A stretch of DNA of 64,000 nt from the IMG/VR virus record IMGVR_UViG_3300049927_000072, positions 11,885 to 75,884 of that record; one strand, written 5' to 3'. Made by a program: the position numbers and the translations under genes. Of this stretch, positions 54,225-63,463 are shown piece after piece. The number at the start of each line of letters is the position of its first letter. Position 1 is the stretch's first letter. This DNA comes from a virus. The notes beneath the pieces were generated by a model. That model was given only the letters and a program-made list of their open reading frames with translations. It searched no databases and was not told where the DNA came from.

Positions 54225-55211
54225 ATGAAGTCCCCTCTTTTAGTTCAAGGCCATCACGGTCTCGGCGACAACCTGCACCAACGCGGCGTCATCCGCCAAC
54301 TTATGCAGCACCACGAAGTGTGGCTCGAAACCTCATGGGCGTCACTGTATCACGACATGATACAAGATGGTTTGCACGTGATCGGCAAGCCGACATCTCT
54401 TCGAACACAATGCAAGAACGCGCAACGGCCGAGCGAACGTGCTCTCTTCTCACCGCAGCCACCGCCGCGCACGCCGCGCATCCGACTGCACTACCACGGC
54501 AGCGTCGCAGCGAGCACCAAGAGCCAAACAATTCTGGAAGCGATGTGCCGCTGCGCACCGGGCACGTCATACGAGAATGCGGACTACAGCCTGCCAATTC
54601 CCGGTGGCTGGTTCAAACTCATTGCCGATCTCCCAATACCAGATAACAGGCCCGTGCTGATCTATCGCCCCCTCGTGGCCCGGCGAGAGTGGCGCGGCAG
54701 TGAAAAGCGCAACGCGCAGCCTAATGCCTACGCGCAACTGTTCGCCAGCATACGTGCAGGTTTCTTTGTCGTGTCAATCGCTGATCTCGTGCCGAATATG
54801 GAGTGGATCGTCGGCCCGCACCTGAAGGCTGACCTCGAATTGCACGCTGGCGAGCTTTCCTTCGAAGCGCTGGCGGCGCTTTTTGCTTACGCCGATCTCA
54901 CCTACACATCCTCAGGCTTCGCCGCCGTGCTCGCGCTGGCCGTCAATACGCCGGTGATCTCAATCGTCGGGGGCTATGAGCGCGCTCAATGGCACAATAC
55001 GAAGCCGGACCTGTACTGCGGTATCGAGCCAATAAAACCGTGCGCGTGTTCTCGCTCGAATTGCATGACACCTTGCACGAAAGAGATCGACATCACCAGC
55101 GCTGCGGACAAGATCGCGAGTTTTCTACGCACGCGCGGATTGCCGGTTGAAGATGCAAAAGTCTCCGATCTATATTCCGCGCCAACACCAAAGATCGGAT
55201 TGCGTGCGTGA
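54225..55211 (+). CDS. GT-B glycosyltransferase (GT9/heptosyltransferase-like)
   Basis: HGLGDNL, L..LAALF..ADL....SGF..VLALA..TP.I. Confidence 0.7.
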   Translation: MKSPLLVQGHHGLGDNLHQRGVIRQLMQHHEVWLETSWASLYHDMIQDGLHVIGKPTSLRTQCKNAQRPSERALFSPQPPPRTPRIRLHYHGSVAASTKSQTILEAMCRCAPGTSYENADYSLPIPGGWFKLIADLPIPDNRPVLIYRPLVARREWRGSEKRNAQPNAYAQLFASIRAGFFVVSIADLVPNMEWIVGPHLKADLELHAGELSFEALAALFAYADLTYTSSGFAAVLALAVNTPVISIVGGYERAQWHNTKPDLYCGIEPIKPCACSRSNCMTPCTKEIDITSAADKIASFLRTRGLPVEDAKVSDLYSAPTPKIGLRA

Positions 55212-55337
55212 GTGAACAGAATAAGGCGGGGCCTGATGATTGGGAGCTACGCGCAATCGCGCGGCATCCACTCACGCAACGCCTCAATCGAGAACTATTA
55301 GAGTGCTTTCGGCGAAACTCGCCGAACTGGGGGAAAC

Positions 55338-55547
55338 ATGATGCGACAACTCGAAGTCCGGTGGACCGGCACGGATGATTTTACGGACGTAGATTATTGC
55401 GCATCGTTCGACGAGGCCAAATCAAAAGCTATAGCGCATCAACTCAACTTTCACATCCGTGCACCGATCCTGTGGACGGTGGATGATGCGAGCGCGATTT
55501 GTTGGGGTCGCAATAAGCACGCGACGTATCGGCTGCGCCCGATATGA
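55338..55547 (+). CDS. hypothetical protein
   Basis: GGGGA RBS. Confidence 0.45.
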   Translation: MMRQLEVRWTGTDDFTDVDYCASFDEAKSKAIAHQLNFHIRAPILWTVDDASAICWGRNKHATYRLRPI

Positions 55548-56125
55548 GGGACGAAGTCGCGCTCATTTTTGGCGGCAGCGAAAACGTGTACGCGGAATAC
55601 GAAGCCGCGCTCGCGCTCTGCAAGCTATATAGTAGAACCACTATAACTGCGGTCTGCAATTCTGCACTCGCTGAGTTTCCCGGCGAGATCGACTATTTCA
55701 TGACACTGCATCCGGACCAGATTTCCTCTTGGGCGCCGCATCGGCTCGCCAAAGGTCTACCGCCGCCGAAAGTAACATGGGCACACCGGCCTGCGACCAA
55801 CGTGCACCGGTATACCCGCGACTGGGGCGGCTCGTGCAGCCTCTTCGCCGTCAAGGTGCTCCGACAGGAAGGTTTTACCCAGATTATTTTGTGCGGCTGC
55901 CCGATGACGGTCGAGGATGGCCACTTTCGTCGGCACGAACGTTGGAACGCCGCAACCGCATTCCAGCGGGGATGGCGCTCGCATAAATATCAGCTTCCGC
56001 CGCAATGCGTTCGGTCGATGTCAGGTTGGACGCAGAGAGAATTTGAAGCCCCCGACGGGACTTGGCTCGAAAGCCGCATCAATGTTCCGCCGCTGCGTAC
56101 GGCGCGACCAAGTGTCCGCGCCTAG
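55544..56125 (+). CDS. putative sugar-transferase-like protein (MptE/Maf/GT29-like fold)
   Basis: ALIFGG, TAVCN, TLHPD, GGS.SLFAVK, IILCGCPM, VRSMSGWT. Confidence 0.55.
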   Translation: MRDEVALIFGGSENVYAEYEAALALCKLYSRTTITAVCNSALAEFPGEIDYFMTLHPDQISSWAPHRLAKGLPPPKVTWAHRPATNVHRYTRDWGGSCSLFAVKVLRQEGFTQIILCGCPMTVEDGHFRRHERWNAATAFQRGWRSHKYQLPPQCVRSMSGWTQREFEAPDGTWLESRINVPPLRTARPSVRA

Positions 56126-56203
56126 AAGATCACCCGTTGCCAACTAGGCTGTTCCCGTTGCATACCCGCAGGCTCAAAATTCCACCCCCTCGGAGGATGA
56201 ACC

Positions 56204-56485
56204 ATGCTGCGCATTCTATTCGATAACATCGTGCTGGTTGCTGTCGCGTTCGGTTTTTTCACGGCTGGCGTTTTCCTTAGCTCGCAATGGCTCAAGGACA
56301 AGCTCAATGGCATCCCGCCGGAGCTTCGCAAAGCCCTGAAAGAGACTGAGGCGCTCGCGGTCCGTGCGGTTGCGCACTTCTCAACTACCAAGGCCATCCC
56401 GTCCACTACAATGCCAACACCGCCTGCCGCTCCGGCTGTTGCGTCGACGATTGCGCCCGTGACAATGCCCTCGGTGCCGCAATGA
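56204..56485 (+). CDS. membrane protein (lysis region)
   Basis: N-terminal TM; GGAGG RBS after a late-promoter motif. Confidence 0.6.
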   Translation: MLRILFDNIVLVAVAFGFFTAGVFLSSQWLKDKLNGIPPELRKALKETEALAVRAVAHFSTTKAIPSTTMPTPPAAPAVASTIAPVTMPSVPQ

Positions 56486-56775
56486 GCGACCAGCACGGCC
56501 CAGATATTCCGCAGCAAGTTGCGCCCGATAATTCCTTCGAGCGCATGATCGCGAAGTATTTGGACAAGCATGCAGTGGTCGACTGGCGGCTCGTGCATCG
56601 GATGCGATCAATGCAGATTGCATTCTTCTGGGCGATCATCGCTGGCCTGTGGGTTGCGCTGCCTGCATTCCAATCTTGGGTCAAGCCCGTTCCGTTCGCA
56701 ATTCTCTGCGTTGCATTCTCGATTGCGATTTGTATCGCGCGTCTGACGAAGCAAAAAGGTCTCCCCGATGTCTGA
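56482..56775 (+). CDS. holin-like protein
   Basis: DWR.....SMQ, two TM helices, ARL.KQ; directly before the endolysin. Confidence 0.65.
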   Translation: MSDQHGPDIPQQVAPDNSFERMIAKYLDKHAVVDWRLVHRMRSMQIAFFWAIIAGLWVALPAFQSWVKPVPFAILCVAFSIAICIARLTKQKGLPDV

Positions 56776-57442
56776 GACACCGCGCACCGGCAATATGAAA
56801 GGTGGATGGGTCGCCATAGCGGTCACCGTCATCTGCGGCTTTGAAGGTTTTCAAGCAGTCGGCTGGCACGACAAGATCGACCCGCCGGGCGTCAACACCG
56901 TATGTTATGGACACATCGAAAATGTTGAAATCGGAGAACGACACACCAAGATCGAATGCCAAGAGATGCTCGCCACCGACCTTCCGCGATACGAAGCGAT
57001 GGTCGAAAAGTGCATCCACGTACCCATGCCTGACTATCGCCATGCGGCTATTATTTCTTTTACTTATAATGTCGGCGGTGGTGCGCTGTGTAAGTCAAGC
57101 GTGGCTCGAAAACTCAACGCAGGCGATGTTCAAGGTGGCTGCGATGCGCTTCTACTTTACGACAAAGCGAACGGAAAAGTTATCAAGGGCCTCCAAACTC
57201 GGCGTCAATCTGAAAGAAAGCTTTGCCTACGCAATGATAATGCTCCGCCGAGCAGCGACAGCACTCCGGTCCGGACTGCGGAAGCATCGAAAGTCGCGAA
57301 GCCCACTCGACCAGCCAGTGTCAATGAACCTACCCGAGCGCCCGCGCGATCAGTCGCTGTGGCGAAGAGCGAACAGTCTCCCGCCAAAGTCGAGCGCCAC
57401 GGGCTCTCGAAATTCTGGCACGAACAAATCCTAGGATGGTGA
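56768..57442 (+). CDS. endolysin, GH24 lysozyme (SAR-type N-terminus)
   Basis: FEG....W.D...V.TVCYGH, AIISFTYNVG.GA.C.S, GL..RR..E..LC. Confidence 0.9.
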   Translation: MSETPRTGNMKGGWVAIAVTVICGFEGFQAVGWHDKIDPPGVNTVCYGHIENVEIGERHTKIECQEMLATDLPRYEAMVEKCIHVPMPDYRHAAIISFTYNVGGGALCKSSVARKLNAGDVQGGCDALLLYDKANGKVIKGLQTRRQSERKLCLRNDNAPPSSDSTPVRTAEASKVAKPTRPASVNEPTRAPARSVAVAKSEQSPAKVERHGLSKFWHEQILGW

Positions 57443-57443
57443 A

Positions 57444-57788
57444 ATGCTAAGTTATATTTTTGAGCACGCCGTCGCTGGCATCTGGGATCAAATATGGCAC
57501 TGGGGCACCGCTGTCGGCCTGATCATCTTACTCGTCGCGGCTGCATACTTCACTACGGCCATTCCGGTCATCGGGCCGTATCTGCAAGACGCGCGGAAGG
57601 ATTTGCTGTGGGCCGCGCTCGGCATTTTCCTGTTCACGTTCGGCATGGGTGTCGGCACCAAGGACGAAAAGAAAATCTGCACCGCGCAAACCGTCGTAGT
57701 CACCAAGTTTGTGGACAAAGCAGTTGCGAAGACGAAGTTGCCGAAAGCTCACGCCGAAAAAGACCCCTTCGATAACCCGGAGAATTAA
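57444..57788 (+). CDS. putative i-spanin
   Basis: TM helices plus periplasmic tail; follows the endolysin. Confidence 0.5.
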   Translation: MLSYIFEHAVAGIWDQIWHWGTAVGLIILLVAAAYFTTAIPVIGPYLQDARKDLLWAALGIFLFTFGMGVGTKDEKKICTAQTVVVTKFVDKAVAKTKLPKAHAEKDPFDNPEN

Positions 57789-57790
57789 AT

Positions 57791-58027
57791 ATGCGAAGAG
57801 AGATCGTAATTTTCGCGCTCGTGCTCGCGGCGATAGTTCTCGGTGCCTGCGACAAGGATGCGCTTCCACCCGCGACCATAGCGCCAATATGTCAGGCGCT
57901 GATCGGTCCTATCAAATACAACTCTACTGTCCCCGGCAGCAAGCGGTTCGCCGCTGCGTTGCTCGCGATGGATTTGAAAGAGCGTAACCAAGTCGGGCGC
58001 AATCTCGGTTGCCCGTCATACAAGTGA
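57791..58027 (+). CDS. putative o-spanin lipoprotein
   Basis: lipobox VLGAC; IC.AL..PI.Y. Confidence 0.65.
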   Translation: MRREIVIFALVLAAIVLGACDKDALPPATIAPICQALIGPIKYNSTVPGSKRFAAALLAMDLKERNQVGRNLGCPSYK

Positions 58028-58192
58028 GGCCGTCATGAAGACGATCCTTGCAATCGATTTTGTCGCGCTCATAGTCTCGCTCGGGGCTTGGCTGAGTTAC
58101 ATCCCGCCAGTGTTCACAGTGATCGCGTTTATATGGTTTGTCATGCAGATTGCACGCTGCAAACACGTCAAGGCTTTTATGTCCGGGGGATA

Positions 58193-58579
58193 ATGATGGA
58201 AGACTTCTCGGCGTTGAAGGCCGTCGGCCACTTTTTTGCGACCGGCGGCATAGTCGGGAGCATCTTTAGCATTTTTCCGTTCATCGCCGCTTTCGTGGCG
58301 TTCATCTGGTATTTGATCCAGATTTACGAGAGCCGAACTTTCCAACATTGGCGAGCGAATTTTCTAATGCGGCGACGCGCGAAGAAGCTCGCGCGCCTGC
58401 ATGCGAAAGAGAAAATTGTCGCCGCCCAGATTGCAGCGCTTGAGAAAGTTCGGCAAGCGCGCGCCGAAGCCCGCGACATTGTTGCTGATGCGGCGACGGA
58501 AGCCGCGAACCTAATCAACACGGAGACGACAAGGGCAAATGCCGCTAGCATCGTGGAAGCGGCGAAGCCTTTGAAGTGA
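58193..58579 (+). CDS. holin-like membrane protein
   Basis: P.IAA....IWY.IQIYES.TFQ motif plus basic coiled tail. Confidence 0.55.
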   Translation: MMEDFSALKAVGHFFATGGIVGSIFSIFPFIAAFVAFIWYLIQIYESRTFQHWRANFLMRRRAKKLARLHAKEKIVAAQIAALEKVRQARAEARDIVADAATEAANLINTETTRANAASIVEAAKPLK

Positions 58580-58588
58580 TCCAGCCGT

Positions 58589-58768
58589 TTATTCGTTGGA
58601 TGCGCTATCCTGCTCGCGAGGCAAAAGACCGAGCGCAATTTCGCGCAATCTGTCCGCGTTCGCATTGTCTCCCCGCGTGGCGGCGTCATTCGCCTTGCTG
58701 AGATAGATGTCCCGTAGCGCGAACCTACGATGCAAAGCTTTGTTGAGATCAATTGCAGCGTTTGGCAT
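58589..58768 (-). CDS. hypothetical protein
   Basis: GAGGGG RBS before MPNAAI. Confidence 0.4.
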   Translation of the reverse strand: MPNAAIDLNKALHRRFALRDIYLSKANDAATRGDNANADRLREIALGLLPREQDSASNE

Positions 58769-58878
58769 ACAAACCCCTCGATTTATTTTCGACGAGGCCG
58801 TGTAGCAAAAAGTTCTCACGCAAGCAAACTTAATCTTTCATATGGTTAATTTGGAACTTAGCCCCGGCGATCTACTCA

Positions 58879-59202
58879 TTATACTATGCGCTTAGCGCTA
58901 TCCGCATCGATCAGGTCTCGCCAAATCTTATCTTGCGCTTTTTCTTGGCGAAGATAGTAGAGCATCTGCAAGAGCCAGACCGCGTTCGTGGCGACGAGCA
59001 ACACGCCGCCCGCAAACGAGAGCCACTGATCGAGCGCCGGGTAGAAATATAAATTCCAGAGACCCCACGTCGTGAAAAACGCGACTGGCTGCCAAGCCAC
59101 GCCGCGCACTTTCTTGTCTCGATGCAATCGGCGGATCGACAGCGCAATGAAAAATCCGCCGGAGCACTCGAAGATACCGTTTATGAGATCAGGAAGCGTC
59201 AT
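58879..59202 (-). CDS. PQ-loop/SemiSWEET-like 3-TM membrane protein
   Basis: DLINGIFE..GG...RL.RDK.VRGV.W...FF..WG.WNLYFYP.L.QWLSF.GG. Confidence 0.6.
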   Translation of the reverse strand: MTLPDLINGIFECSGGFFIALSIRRLHRDKKVRGVAWQPVAFFTTWGLWNLYFYPALDQWLSFAGGVLLVATNAVWLLQMLYYLRQEKAQDKIWRDLIDADSAKRIV

Positions 59203-59489
59203 GCCGTCCTCTTTTGTCTCGGGTGCACATGCGGCGATGCTGGAAATGTCGCCGACACTTTCTTGAGGTAGCGCGCCCAACGTTTGACGCTGTGATAGTT
59301 CACAGCACCGATTGGCTCTGGCTCTTCGCCCTGCATGCGCTGCAAGGTGTTGCGAGCTTGACGCGCGATCTTGCCGACCCTGATCCGGCTGCGCAAGATC
59401 AATGCCTTCAACGCGGCGATGATCTTGCTGTCGGTCGCTGATGGCGCGAGATTTATAGGAAGCTCCGTTCCCGCGGGGACTTCGATCAT
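59199..59489 (-). CDS. hypothetical protein
   Basis: coupled between neighbours. Confidence 0.45.
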   Translation of the reverse strand: MIEVPAGTELPINLAPSATDSKIIAALKALILRSRIRVGKIARQARNTLQRMQGEEPEPIGAVNYHSVKRWARYLKKVSATFPASPHVHPRQKRTA

Positions 59490-60611
59490 TTACGCAACTC
59501 CCAGTTTGGCTAGATCAGGAAAAGAAATCCACGGGGCCGAGCGACCTTTCTTGAGACCTTCAAGGAAGATTTCCCAACGTGCGGTCACGCCGTGCTCAGG
59601 ATGTTCGAACCATAGCGCTTGCGACGGGCGCGAGTACGGAGCGCGAAGCTTCAGCATCGCGTATTCGTCGTAGCCCTTGACTGCGTTGTTGACTGTGAGG
59701 TTCGGCAGCCAGAGCATTTGATGCCAATGACCCATAACAAGATGATCGAAGTCGCGGCCCATCTGCGCTTCGGCACGGCCGATCTTAATCGCACCCCGCA
59801 TGATCGGGCCAATCGCGCCGATGATGCCGTCTCCGCCAGCGACACCCATGCTATCGCCGTGCGTGAGCAGATAGCGCGAATGGAAAATCTTGAATTGCGC
59901 ATCGGCGCTCGGTGGCACGTAGAGTTGGATATGCTTTTCTTTTCGGAAGTAGCGCTCAAGGTTGGTATAGATCGACCAATCGTAATTGGTATACACACGA
60001 CCTTTCATGCGCGGCTTGCGCGTCGAGCGTCCGTGGTTGCCGACGACCGACGGCACGAACACCTTGCCAAACTTGCTCGCCATCTTTTCGAGGCCAGCGC
60101 CGAGAATGTCCGTGAGATCATTCACAGCTTGCTGCGGGGTGCGGTCATTGGTGGCGAGCAACTCTTCATGGATGTCGCCGCCGATCATGTCGCCGCCGAG
60201 CATCACAACAATGCCGGGGTATTCAGTCTTCGCGCGGCCCATGTGATTGAATGCGAGATCGACCGTCGTATCGAAGAGACGGAACATGCGCTTTTTTGCG
60301 ATGTCCTTATTGTATTTGTTCACGCCATTGGTTTCGTCGAGGCTGACTTGCTCGCCGTAGTGAGTGTCAGACCACATCGTCACCGGGCAGCCGCGCGATC
60401 CAATCTTGCCGCCGCGCCCGCTGATCCAAGTCGGCGGCTCGGGACTGTGTGCCGAGAGGCCGTAAAGCTCTTGTCGGATGGCTTGCGCCGTATCTTCTTC
60501 GCGCTGTAGCGCTGCGATGGTGCGCTTGTAGTCAATTTCTTGCGCGTTCTTGCGTCGGATGATTTCGTTTGCGTCGACGAGTTGCTCTTCGAGCGTCTTC
60601 AGTTTTGGCAT
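59490..60611 (-). CDS. calcineurin-like metallophosphoesterase
   Basis: SDTH, GGDMI.G.IH, VGNHGR, THGD, MGHWH. Confidence 0.85.
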   Translation of the reverse strand: MPKLKTLEEQLVDANEIIRRKNAQEIDYKRTIAALQREEDTAQAIRQELYGLSAHSPEPPTWISGRGGKIGSRGCPVTMWSDTHYGEQVSLDETNGVNKYNKDIAKKRMFRLFDTTVDLAFNHMGRAKTEYPGIVVMLGGDMIGGDIHEELLATNDRTPQQAVNDLTDILGAGLEKMASKFGKVFVPSVVGNHGRSTRKPRMKGRVYTNYDWSIYTNLERYFRKEKHIQLYVPPSADAQFKIFHSRYLLTHGDSMGVAGGDGIIGAIGPIMRGAIKIGRAEAQMGRDFDHLVMGHWHQMLWLPNLTVNNAVKGYDEYAMLKLRAPYSRPSQALWFEHPEHGVTARWEIFLEGLKKGRSAPWISFPDLAKLGVA

Positions 60612-60710
60612 GGTAGCTCCCCCGTGTAGTTTCGCGCCCTTTGGGCGATATTTGGTATCGGCGTTTGGCTTCGAGATAGCGGCGCGTGTGCCGCATCCGG
60701 CGATTGCGTT

Positions 60711-61070
60711 CTAACCCTTTCGGCGTGCGGTTGTAGCGGCGCTTACGCTCGCGACCTTTTTCGGAGATGTTGCCGCGATGGATGCGAGCTTTTTCTTTTT
60801 CCTGTCGGACCGTGGCCGCACTGGCAACCGCAGCGTCCTGTCGTTGCTCTGCATGGTGTAGGCGATCTCGCGTAGCTGTTTTATGGTCATCCTGATCGGA
60901 TTGCCCTTGTGCGGGCCGCTGTACTCGATCACGGGAAACCGCTGTCGAAGGCGCGTCAGAATTTGCCGGTACGTGTGACCGACGGATCGGCCGTCCTCGT
61001 CTTCGTTTACCTTGCGCAGCAAGAGTGCGTTTGCGTACTCTTTGACGCTGCCCCACTGTTTCTTTTTCAT
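60711..61070 (-). CDS. hypothetical basic protein
   Basis: GAGGGGG RBS; possible -1 frameshift extension. Confidence 0.55.
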   Translation of the reverse strand: MKKKQWGSVKEYANALLLRKVNEDEDGRSVGHTYRQILTRLRQRFPVIEYSGPHKGNPIRMTIKQLREIAYTMQSNDRTLRLPVRPRSDRKKKKLASIAATSPKKVASVSAATTARRKG

Positions 61071-61082
61071 TCGTCCCCCTCA

Positions 61083-61523
61083 TCAAAACCCGTCGCAAGC
61101 CCTCAGTAGAATTTCAGTCATCGGCAGGCGCGCGTGGGTGAGCATACTCATACTCGCCAGCGCGTCTTCGGTCGCCACGATGTCTTCGTATTTATTCCCC
61201 GGGATCAGATAGAACTTAGCGTCGTGCAGTGTGCCAACCTGTGCCAGAACCCACGCCGTTCGGCAACCGGCAGTAACTCTATCGTGCATCCAGATCGCTT
61301 GGCTCGACCGCACTTTGAAACGGATTTTCGTGCTCGTCCGCTTAGGCCGCTCTTCGGCTTTCAACTCAATGTCAATGGTCACCGCATCGACGCAGGCGTT
61401 GACATCGGGTCGCCCGACCCCGACGCCATTTTCGATCCGTTCCATGTGAACCAGATATCGGCGAAATCGTAGCTCCATGCCAGCGGTCCGCACGCGCGAC
61501 CAAAGATTGCTTTCAAGACCCAT
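61083..61523 (-). CDS. PD-(D/E)xK nuclease (VRR-NUC/resolvase-like)
   Basis: ES.LW...RIEN.VG.G.PDV......IELK...Q..W. Confidence 0.8.
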   Translation of the reverse strand: MGLESNLWSRVRTAGMELRFRRYLVHMERIENGVGVGRPDVNACVDAVTIDIELKAEERPKRTSTKIRFKVRSSQAIWMHDRVTAGCRTAWVLAQVGTLHDAKFYLIPGNKYEDIVATEDALASMSMLTHARLPMTEILLRACDGF

Positions 61524-61839
61524 CGGCGGGCCTCATGCCATGGACGAGTAAATCAAAATCGGTGTCTGGCTTGCGAGATTTTTTTCCGTAGTTCATGGAT
61601 GCGAGCGCCTTGGCGACAAGATTGAGAACGTGGTCTCGTAGTCTCGCATGGCCTCTGACAGTGCCCGTGCGGTTTGTTTTTCTTTTTCCGAGCGCAGTAC
61701 GAGAGCGTCCGATGTAGCTCGCACAGTCGTAATCACCGAGATCGCGGTCCCCGCTCGCGACGTTCCAGATGTCGCAGCGGGCGATCTCAGTAACGATGCC
61801 TGTGATAGCGGAATGAAGCTCGACACGAACGACGATCAT
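61513..61839 (-). CDS. hypothetical protein
   Basis: MIVVRVELHSAITG...I.N...GDY...G.V.GH.R. Confidence 0.6.
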   Translation of the reverse strand: MIVVRVELHSAITGIVTEIARCDIWNVASGDRDLGDYDCASYIGRSRTALGKRKTNRTGTVRGHARLRDHVLNLVAKALASMNYGKKSRKPDTDFDLLVHGMRPADGS

Positions 61840-62300
61840 GTTTCGCTGCGAGTGGCATACTCGCCAGCCGCGAGCGCGAGTTGTGTGCACGGTGCCTTCG
61901 GCTCTGGATATTTCTCCATGAGTGCCTCGATTTTTTTATTGAGATCGTTTTGCCATCCAGCCTTCGTCGCGGGCGGCCTGTCGTCAACCCAGTTGCCCCG
62001 GATCATACTATCGCGAAGCACGACGAGAGAGGCTATGGCTTTCGTTATGTGATTGAGGCCGCTATCAGGATCAAGGTCTTCCCCTTCCCACCATAGCTGC
62101 ATGTGCCGTCCGACTGCGTCGTAATAGACGCTCGCGCGCACGCCGACGATCCGGTAGTTGTGGCGCGCGTACTTCATCGCGCCTTCGAGCATGGCGACAC
62201 CAAGCTCGGCAATGACGGGAGCGGGAACGGTAGACATCGGCACCTTGCGAATGCCGAGCACGTCCTTTGGATTGGACGCCTTGCGCAACTCTTCTGACAT
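61836..62300 (-). CDS. dATP/dGTP diphosphohydrolase (DUF5664-like)
   Basis: NPKD.LG..K.P...VP...GA.KY..NYR..GV.AS.Y.DA..RH...WWEGED.DPDSGL.H. Confidence 0.85.
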   Translation of the reverse strand: MSEELRKASNPKDVLGIRKVPMSTVPAPVIAELGVAMLEGAMKYARHNYRIVGVRASVYYDAVGRHMQLWWEGEDLDPDSGLNHITKAIASLVVLRDSMIRGNWVDDRPPATKAGWQNDLNKKIEALMEKYPEPKAPCTQLALAAGEYATRSET

Positions 62301-62371
62301 TGTGGAAAGTCCCCCGACTACCCCGGCCGATCCTTACCTACCCGTTGCCTCCGGTTGCGTCAAGGCAGCCA

Positions 62372-62410
62372 CAAAAAGAAAAACCCCGGGGGACTAGCGA
62401 CCCGGGGCCT
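62372..62410 (-). terminator. intrinsic terminator after DUF932 gene
   Basis: CCCCGGGG...CCCCGGGG hairpin followed by a T-run on the minus strand. Confidence 0.55.
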
Positions 62411-62437
62411 TCCTTCGTCTCGCGTACCTCGCCACTA

Positions 62438-63463
62438 TCAGGCCGCGATCAGAACCTTGTCCTTAATGAGCGGCAGAAGCAAGCTAACCGCTCGGCCTTT
62501 CAGCGCGGCACCCGTGCCGAACTGGTTAGAGTGGAATACTGCCTCGTCGGCCTTCGAACCGCCGCGGTCGTGGTCGACGTAGCGAGTGATCGCCTGCAAA
62601 GCCGTCCACGCGTCCGGCTTGTCCGTATTCCGCTCTTTCGCGGTGGTCCGGAATGCAGCCTGCAACGCAGTGAACTGATTTTGTTTGCGACCTGACAAAT
62701 CTTCGAATTTGCTTTCGAATGGGATGTCAAGACAGGTCTTGAAAAACGCCGAAACCTGCTCTTTCGCCATCTCAGTTTGCGCGAGCGCGTCACCGACTTG
62801 CTTGTAGGTGGCAACGCCCTGCGCCAGCGCCGCCAATTCCTTGCCGACGCGAGCCGCGTCAAACTTCTGGCGGTGTGTCGTACGCACGCACGCCCGACCG
62901 TCGGCGGTTGCAACGTCGAGAGTGTTATTGCAAACGACGCGGGTAGTGGTCATGCGGTTGGTGGTGGCGGCCGATGCGTCAAAGGTCGTCGACATAAGGA
63001 TGCGAGCCTTGTGACTGTCGCCAGCGATTGAAACGTCGCCATTGAACTTGGCCGTCGCCCAGATGATCGCGCCGCCCTTGAGTGAGCCAGCAACATCCAG
63101 CTGGAAACGGTCGTCGACCGAGATGTAGCGTTTGAACCAATCGAGCACTTCGGACGGCTGATGTAGCTGATACTGATCCGACCCAATACCGAGAACCGAG
63201 CCAGTGTCAGACCGTGCAATGAAGTGGGTGTTGGCAACTTCGGCGAAACGCAGGCCCGCCGGGATGTGGTCGAAGCGGCTATCCGACAAGGATGCAACCG
63301 CCGGAACTTTAATCGCCTCCCAATTGAGACCGGCTTGTTTTGCCCATTCCTCAATTGACTGGCCGGGCTTCATTTCCTGCCCAAGCCGATGCCATACATC
63401 CTCACGCGATCCAAGGAACGCGATGTTAGCCTGATTATTGGAGAAATCGAGATTGTGAGCCAT
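62438..63463 (-). CDS. DUF932/DUF945 family protein
   Basis: MAHNL...WHRLG...AGLNW, AGSL.GG..IWA, RVVCNNTL, W.A.QA.T.YVDH. Confidence 0.9.
   Translation of the reverse strand: MAHNLDFSNNQANIAFLGSREDVWHRLGQEMKPGQSIEEWAKQAGLNWEAIKVPAVASLSDSRFDHIPAGLRFAEVANTHFIARSDTGSVLGIGSDQYQLHQPSEVLDWFKRYISVDDRFQLDVAGSLKGGAIIWATAKFNGDVSIAGDSHKARILMSTTFDASAATTNRMTTTRVVCNNTLDVATADGRACVRTTHRQKFDAARVGKELAALAQGVATYKQVGDALAQTEMAKEQVSAFFKTCLDIPFESKFEDLSGRKQNQFTALQAAFRTTAKERNTDKPDAWTALQAITRYVDHDRGGSKADEAVFHSNQFGTGAALKGRAVSLLLPLIKDKVLIAA

Noticed and set aside
59619-60509. 296-aa plus-strand ORF
   Set aside because: Antisense to the metallophosphoesterase, which has a full motif set.
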